This document shows, piece after piece, positions 44,008-48,005 of a DNA stretch of 48,005 nucleotides. Under the pieces are notes generated by a model, which worked only from the letters and a program-made list of their open reading frames with translations, made no database searches and was not told the origin of the DNA. How positions within the stretch are numbered: the stretch's first letter is position 1; every line of letters starts with the position of its first letter. Origin of the DNA: Candidatus Nomurabacteria bacterium (lineage in GTDB: Bacteria > Patescibacteriota > Minisyncoccia > Phycocordibacterales > UBA9973); contig JAPLXP010000007.1 in the NCBI GenBank assembly GCA_026396015.1, positions 1-48,005 of the forward strand, written 5' to 3'. The position numbers and the translations under genes are program-made.

Positions 44008-47000
44008 CAGGTGGTACAGCTGCTTCATGGACATACTCTGCAACAGGGCTTTCTTCTGGTGCACACACATTTCAAACTAAAGGTACAGACTTGGCTGGAA
44101 ACACAGGTCTATCTTCTGTTGTTACTGTGACTGTCGATAATACGAATCCAACATCTGCAATTTGTAGTGTCGGTGGTAATGGATGTACTCCCTCTGGTCA
44201 ATCTGCTAATCCGCAACAAGCTTATAGCGTACAATCTATTTCTGGAACTGCGAGTGATACTAGTGGATCAGGGGTGACTTCTGTAAATATTTCAATATTA
44301 GATTCTACGACAAGTAGGTATTATACAGGTTCTACTTTTACAAGTATTAGTCAGGTTTACCTGAGTGCTGCTGGTACAAATACATGGACTTATTCTACTT
44401 CAGGTGTTCCGTTTACTGTCGGTGATAGATATGTATTAAATGTAAGGTCCCATGATCTTGCTGGAAATACAGAGACAGCTGTTGCTTTGACTTTTGATGT
44501 TACAAATTCTCCACCAACAGTATCAAATGTAACAGCATCTGAAAACAGTAGTGGTGTGGTGACTGTAGGATATGATGTGGCTGATGTGGAATCTTCTCAG
44601 ACTACAAACTATCTATTCTACGGAGTTGGGGCTACACTCAATGGGTCGCTAACTAGTGGGGCTTCATCAATAACAGTTTCTAGTGGTACATATTTTCCAA
44701 GTTCTGGTACAATATTTATTAACGATGGTTCAGATGGAGTAAATGAAATAATAAATTACTCAAGTAAATCTGGGAATGTTCTTAGTGGACTTACAAGAGG
44801 TGCTTCTAATTCCTCTGCCCTTTCTCATAATTCTGGAGTCTCTGTATACATAAATGCTAGTTCTGCGAGTGGAACTGGAATTGGTCTTTCAAATAAGGGT
44901 ACAGGAAAAACAATATCTTGGACTGCTCGTACTGATGCAGATGGATATCAAAACGCTACTGAAAATATAATAGTTGTCGCGAATGATGGATCTGTTGGAT
45001 CTATGCTTGGTCGTGCTACAAACTCAAGCACATTTAATCTTGATGCCGCAAAGACGACAGGTAATAGTGCATCAATTTTAATAAACAATAATGATGGTAC
45101 ACTTGGTAATGTTGTAAGTTCTTCAAATGTTATTACTCTTAAAATTCAAAATATTACTGGTTCTCCTGCAAGTGAAAATATAAAAGTACAATTCTCACGT
45201 GATGGATCAACATGGTTTGGAGCAAATGCAAATGGAACAATTTCTGTTGATTCTACAAGCACATCCTTTGCTTCTGATTCTACAACTATTGGTGCACTTT
45301 CATGGCCTTGGACAATGGCGTCTCGTTCTGAGACCATACAAGTAAGAATAATAGATTTATATTCAAATGGAAATTTGTCAGTTGTAGATAGTAATACTGT
45401 AGGATTCAATGCTACTCCGCAATTTGATGCGACATTTGGAACCGGTGGCATGAGTGTCACTCAAATTTCTGATAGTAATGATTCTCATTTTGGACAAGTC
45501 AAGATTGATTATAAAGTTCGTGATACTGACAATACAACCGCTACACCTGCATTTAGTTATGATGCAGCTGGTGGTACAAGCTATACGACTATAAACAATA
45601 GTCAAATAACAGGAATTAGTGCTGCTATAACTTCTACATATACACAGCACACTGTGTATTGGACTCCAACAGCTGAATCTATTTCATCAGCACTTACAAA
45701 ATTCAAGGTAACTCTAGATGACGGTGAAGCTGTTGTGAATACCACATCACAAACTATTTCTTCTATAATAATTGATGCAAAAATACCAGTAGTTTCTACT
45801 CCTATTACTTTTGATGCAGGTGAAGCAGGTATCTCAAATTCTGCTACGATTACAATTCCAAGGCCTGCAGATGATTCAAGTGTACAATATAGAATAACAG
45901 ATGATTCAATAACACAAGATAAGGCTACTGTAGTAGATACTGGGTGGGTAAATCTTCCTTCTTCAACTTCAATACCTTGGACTCTTGACTCAGATATTGA
46001 ATCAAAGACTATTAAATATCAATTTAGAGATTTGTATGGAAATACTACGACTCTTGCTTTTGCTTCAACACCAACTCCAGTAGCAGCAAATTCATTTACT
46101 ATTCAAGATATTTCAAATACGCCAACTAATTATTATGGTATGTATATTGGATGGAACGATCCTGCAAAAATAGGTACATACAAAATGGAGCATGCTACAT
46201 CTAGTGATAATAATACTTATGGATCTTATTCAGATGTGAATACTGTTGGTGAAATTGTATCTGATAATAATGGAAATTATCATTTCCTTGATCTCGGCTT
46301 GGATTCTACTAAATATTATAGATATAGATTAGGTGTTGTTGGTGGGGGTAATACTTCTGTACGTGCTGGTGCTTATGTAACTGTTCGCCCGGATGGAGTT
46401 CAAAACTTTAGTGAAGGAGGTGGTGGAAGTGTTGCTACCGCTTCAAAAGTTGAAAATGTGGTACCTACACAAGATCCAAACAATAAGACAGTTTCTGTGA
46501 CATATAAATTGACAGATTCATCTAATTCACAAAAAACTAATTTATCATATGAAGGTAGAATTTTTTACAACATTGGTATCACATTACCATTAAGTGCTTT
46601 AACTGGTTCAAATTTGACTGTTTCTGATGCTTCAAAATTAGGAACAAGTGGCTACATTCAAATCAACAACGAAGTTCTTCAATATACAGGAAAGAGCGGC
46701 AATGTTCTTTCTGGAATTGTTCGCGCAACGTGGCCAGGTGGAACAAGAACAACAAGACAAAATGCAACATTGTTTGCTGGTAATCAAGTATGGGTAATGG
46801 CAAATACTGTGACTCCAACTACTATTACAAATAGTACTATTTCAACAGGTCAGACAGGAACAATTGTTTGGAATACATATAACGATATAACTTTAAATGG
46901 ATCTTCGTATTCAAATGTGGGAGTGAGAGTGCTAGTTCACGATAATCAAGCAGGTGCCTCAGGTCCTCTTTCAAGTCAAAATGATTATTCAACAGATGCG

Positions 47001-48005
47001 ACACTTTCTACCTTTGATTTGTCTGCCCCTTTAGTTGCTTTTAGCCAGACGTCTGGATCTAACCCTCAGAATGTATTAAATCCAACACCATTTAGAATTT
47101 CTCTTTCTAGAGTATATCCTATTAATGTAACTGTTCATTATAATGTTACAGGAACAGCTGTCGGAGGTGGAGTAGACTATACTCTTGCAAGTGGAACGGC
47201 AACAATTACAGCAGGACAGCTATATACAGATGTAGTTGCTCCAACTATTATTGACCACAATAATACTCGAACAAATAAGACTATAATTGTAACTCTATCA
47301 GCACCTACAAGTTCAACATTGGGAATAGATACTGTATATATTTATACAATTATAAATACGCAATCTGATACTACACCTCCCGTGATTGTGTTAAAGGGTC
47401 AAAACCCTGATCTTTCAATAGATTCAATCACAAATCCAGATACGCCTATACATATAATGAGTGGTACTATCTTTGTAGATCCTGGGGTTGATGTGACAGA
47501 TGATGTTGATGGATTATGTACTTATACTACTGACCAAGGAACACCTTCTAATGGATGTACATATTTTAATCAGGTAAATGTAGATACAAATAACCCTGGT
47601 ACTGGTCAAGTTGTCTATACAGCAATTGATACCTCAGGGAATAGATCTACTGATCTTTTACGTCAAGTTATTGTTGATGATGCAAATGCTGTAACTTATT
47701 TGATTACAACAGATGCTGGTGCGCATGGTAATATATCTCCGATGAATCCTAGTGTGCAGACTGGAACAGATCAAGAATTTACAGTCACACCAAATACCGG
47801 ATACAAGGTTGCAACAATTTCTATTGATGGGGGAGCATCCCTTCTTCCGTCTGCTGGTGTGAATACCTACACATTCACAAACGTATTAACCACACACACT
47901 ATCGCAGCAACATTCTCTGATAATCTCGCTCCGGTTATCACAATCACAGGTGCTAACCCAGCATCAGTTACTCGTGGATCATCATACACAGATGCTGGTG
48001 CAACA
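43944..48005 (+). CDS. giant surface protein, part 2 (continuation in another frame; open to the window end, 3' partial)
   Basis: My translation from 43944 (TSSDTNLSTTTISVDGGAFVATGGTAASWTYSATGLSSGAHTFQTKGTDLAGN...) has no stop up to 48005. It contains Ig-like repeats, a Calx-beta-like domain (~47030-47360), DUF5011-like segments and an InlB-B-repeat-like segment. Confidence 0.85.

Noticed and set aside
41823-45650. Alternative-frame and antisense ORFs in the giant gene (41823..42098-, 42016..42210-, 42413..42595+, 42887..43102+, 43725..43910-, 45146..45460-, 45378..45650-)
   Set aside because: They arise from GGT/GGA-rich and ACT/TCT-rich repeats that lack stops in other frames. The main frame has coherent domain structure.
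1-48005. Wholesale genetic-code reassignment of TGA (code 4 or code 25)
   Set aside because: Long conserved genes (copA 773 aa, ftsI 570 aa, FAD oxidase 579 aa, eno, gap) are intact under the standard code with no in-frame TGA. Only rarity of TGA, plus one candidate readthrough, is supported.
1-48005. CRISPR arrays, rRNA genes, IS elements with transposases, retron/DGR reverse transcriptases
   Set aside because: I found no regularly spaced direct repeats and no transposase or RT-like ORF in the track or in my reading of the intergenic regions. No rRNA-like segment was seen either.

Overview
AT-rich (about one-third G+C by eye), densely coding bacterial window. Genes are short, and nearly every transcription unit ends in a clean intrinsic terminator. 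I saw no Shine-Dalgarno motif upstream of any start codon I inspected, and many genes look leaderless. The gene content suggests a reduced-genome, CPR/Patescibacteria-like organism; this is inference only, since no rRNA is present. That content includes a split transketolase, a domain-stripped pyruvate-kinase-like protein, a truncated dcw cluster (mraZ-rsmH-ftsL-like-ftsI-murF), a PIN-PhoH protein and a giant surface protein.

Layout:
- 1-3461: end of a probable integrated mobile element (winged-helix protein, RHH protein, small ORFs, a 400-nt ORF-free hairpin-rich segment, a large serine recombinase). Its last codons overlap tRNA-Asn(GTT). A decayed copy of the tRNA 5' part and a GC-rich block follow.
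- 3.8-7.2 kb: accessory genes (DoxX-like, minimal K+ channel, secreted protein with a T9SS-type C-terminal sorting tail, GNAT, lipoprotein).
- 7.3-12.7 kb: NMO-family flavoenzyme, ABC permease/ATPase, ABC-F ATPase.
- 12.7-16.9 kb: copper module csoR-copA-(HMA-DsbD_2)-cupredoxin-like, with a textbook CsoR operator.
- 18.2-32.1 kb: central carbon metabolism. This holds the operon 2-hydroxyacid dehydrogenase / glycerate kinase / enolase / PK-like, plus gap, rpiB, rpe, split tkt, pfkB-family kinase, class II aldolase and an FAD oxidase.
- 32.5-39.1 kb: MraZ boxes and the dcw genes, then PIN-PhoH.
- 39.3-40.9 kb: tRNA-Glu(CTC), DUF167, hpf, and a GC-rich MerR-type gene.
- 41.4 kb to the window end: a giant (>2,100 codon) multi-domain surface protein gene, interrupted by a perfect 65-bp tandem duplication.

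Main second-look items:
- the interrupted giant adhesin-like gene;
- near-absence of TGA stops, with one candidate in-frame TGA;
- the TGnTATAAT-N6-8-ATG leaderless architecture, including a 23-bp palindromic divergent promoter;
- the minimal PK-like enzyme in a glycerate-to-pyruvate operon;
- the recombinase/tRNA-Asn junction with tRNA-like relics.

No CRISPR array, rRNA gene or recognisable defence system was seen.
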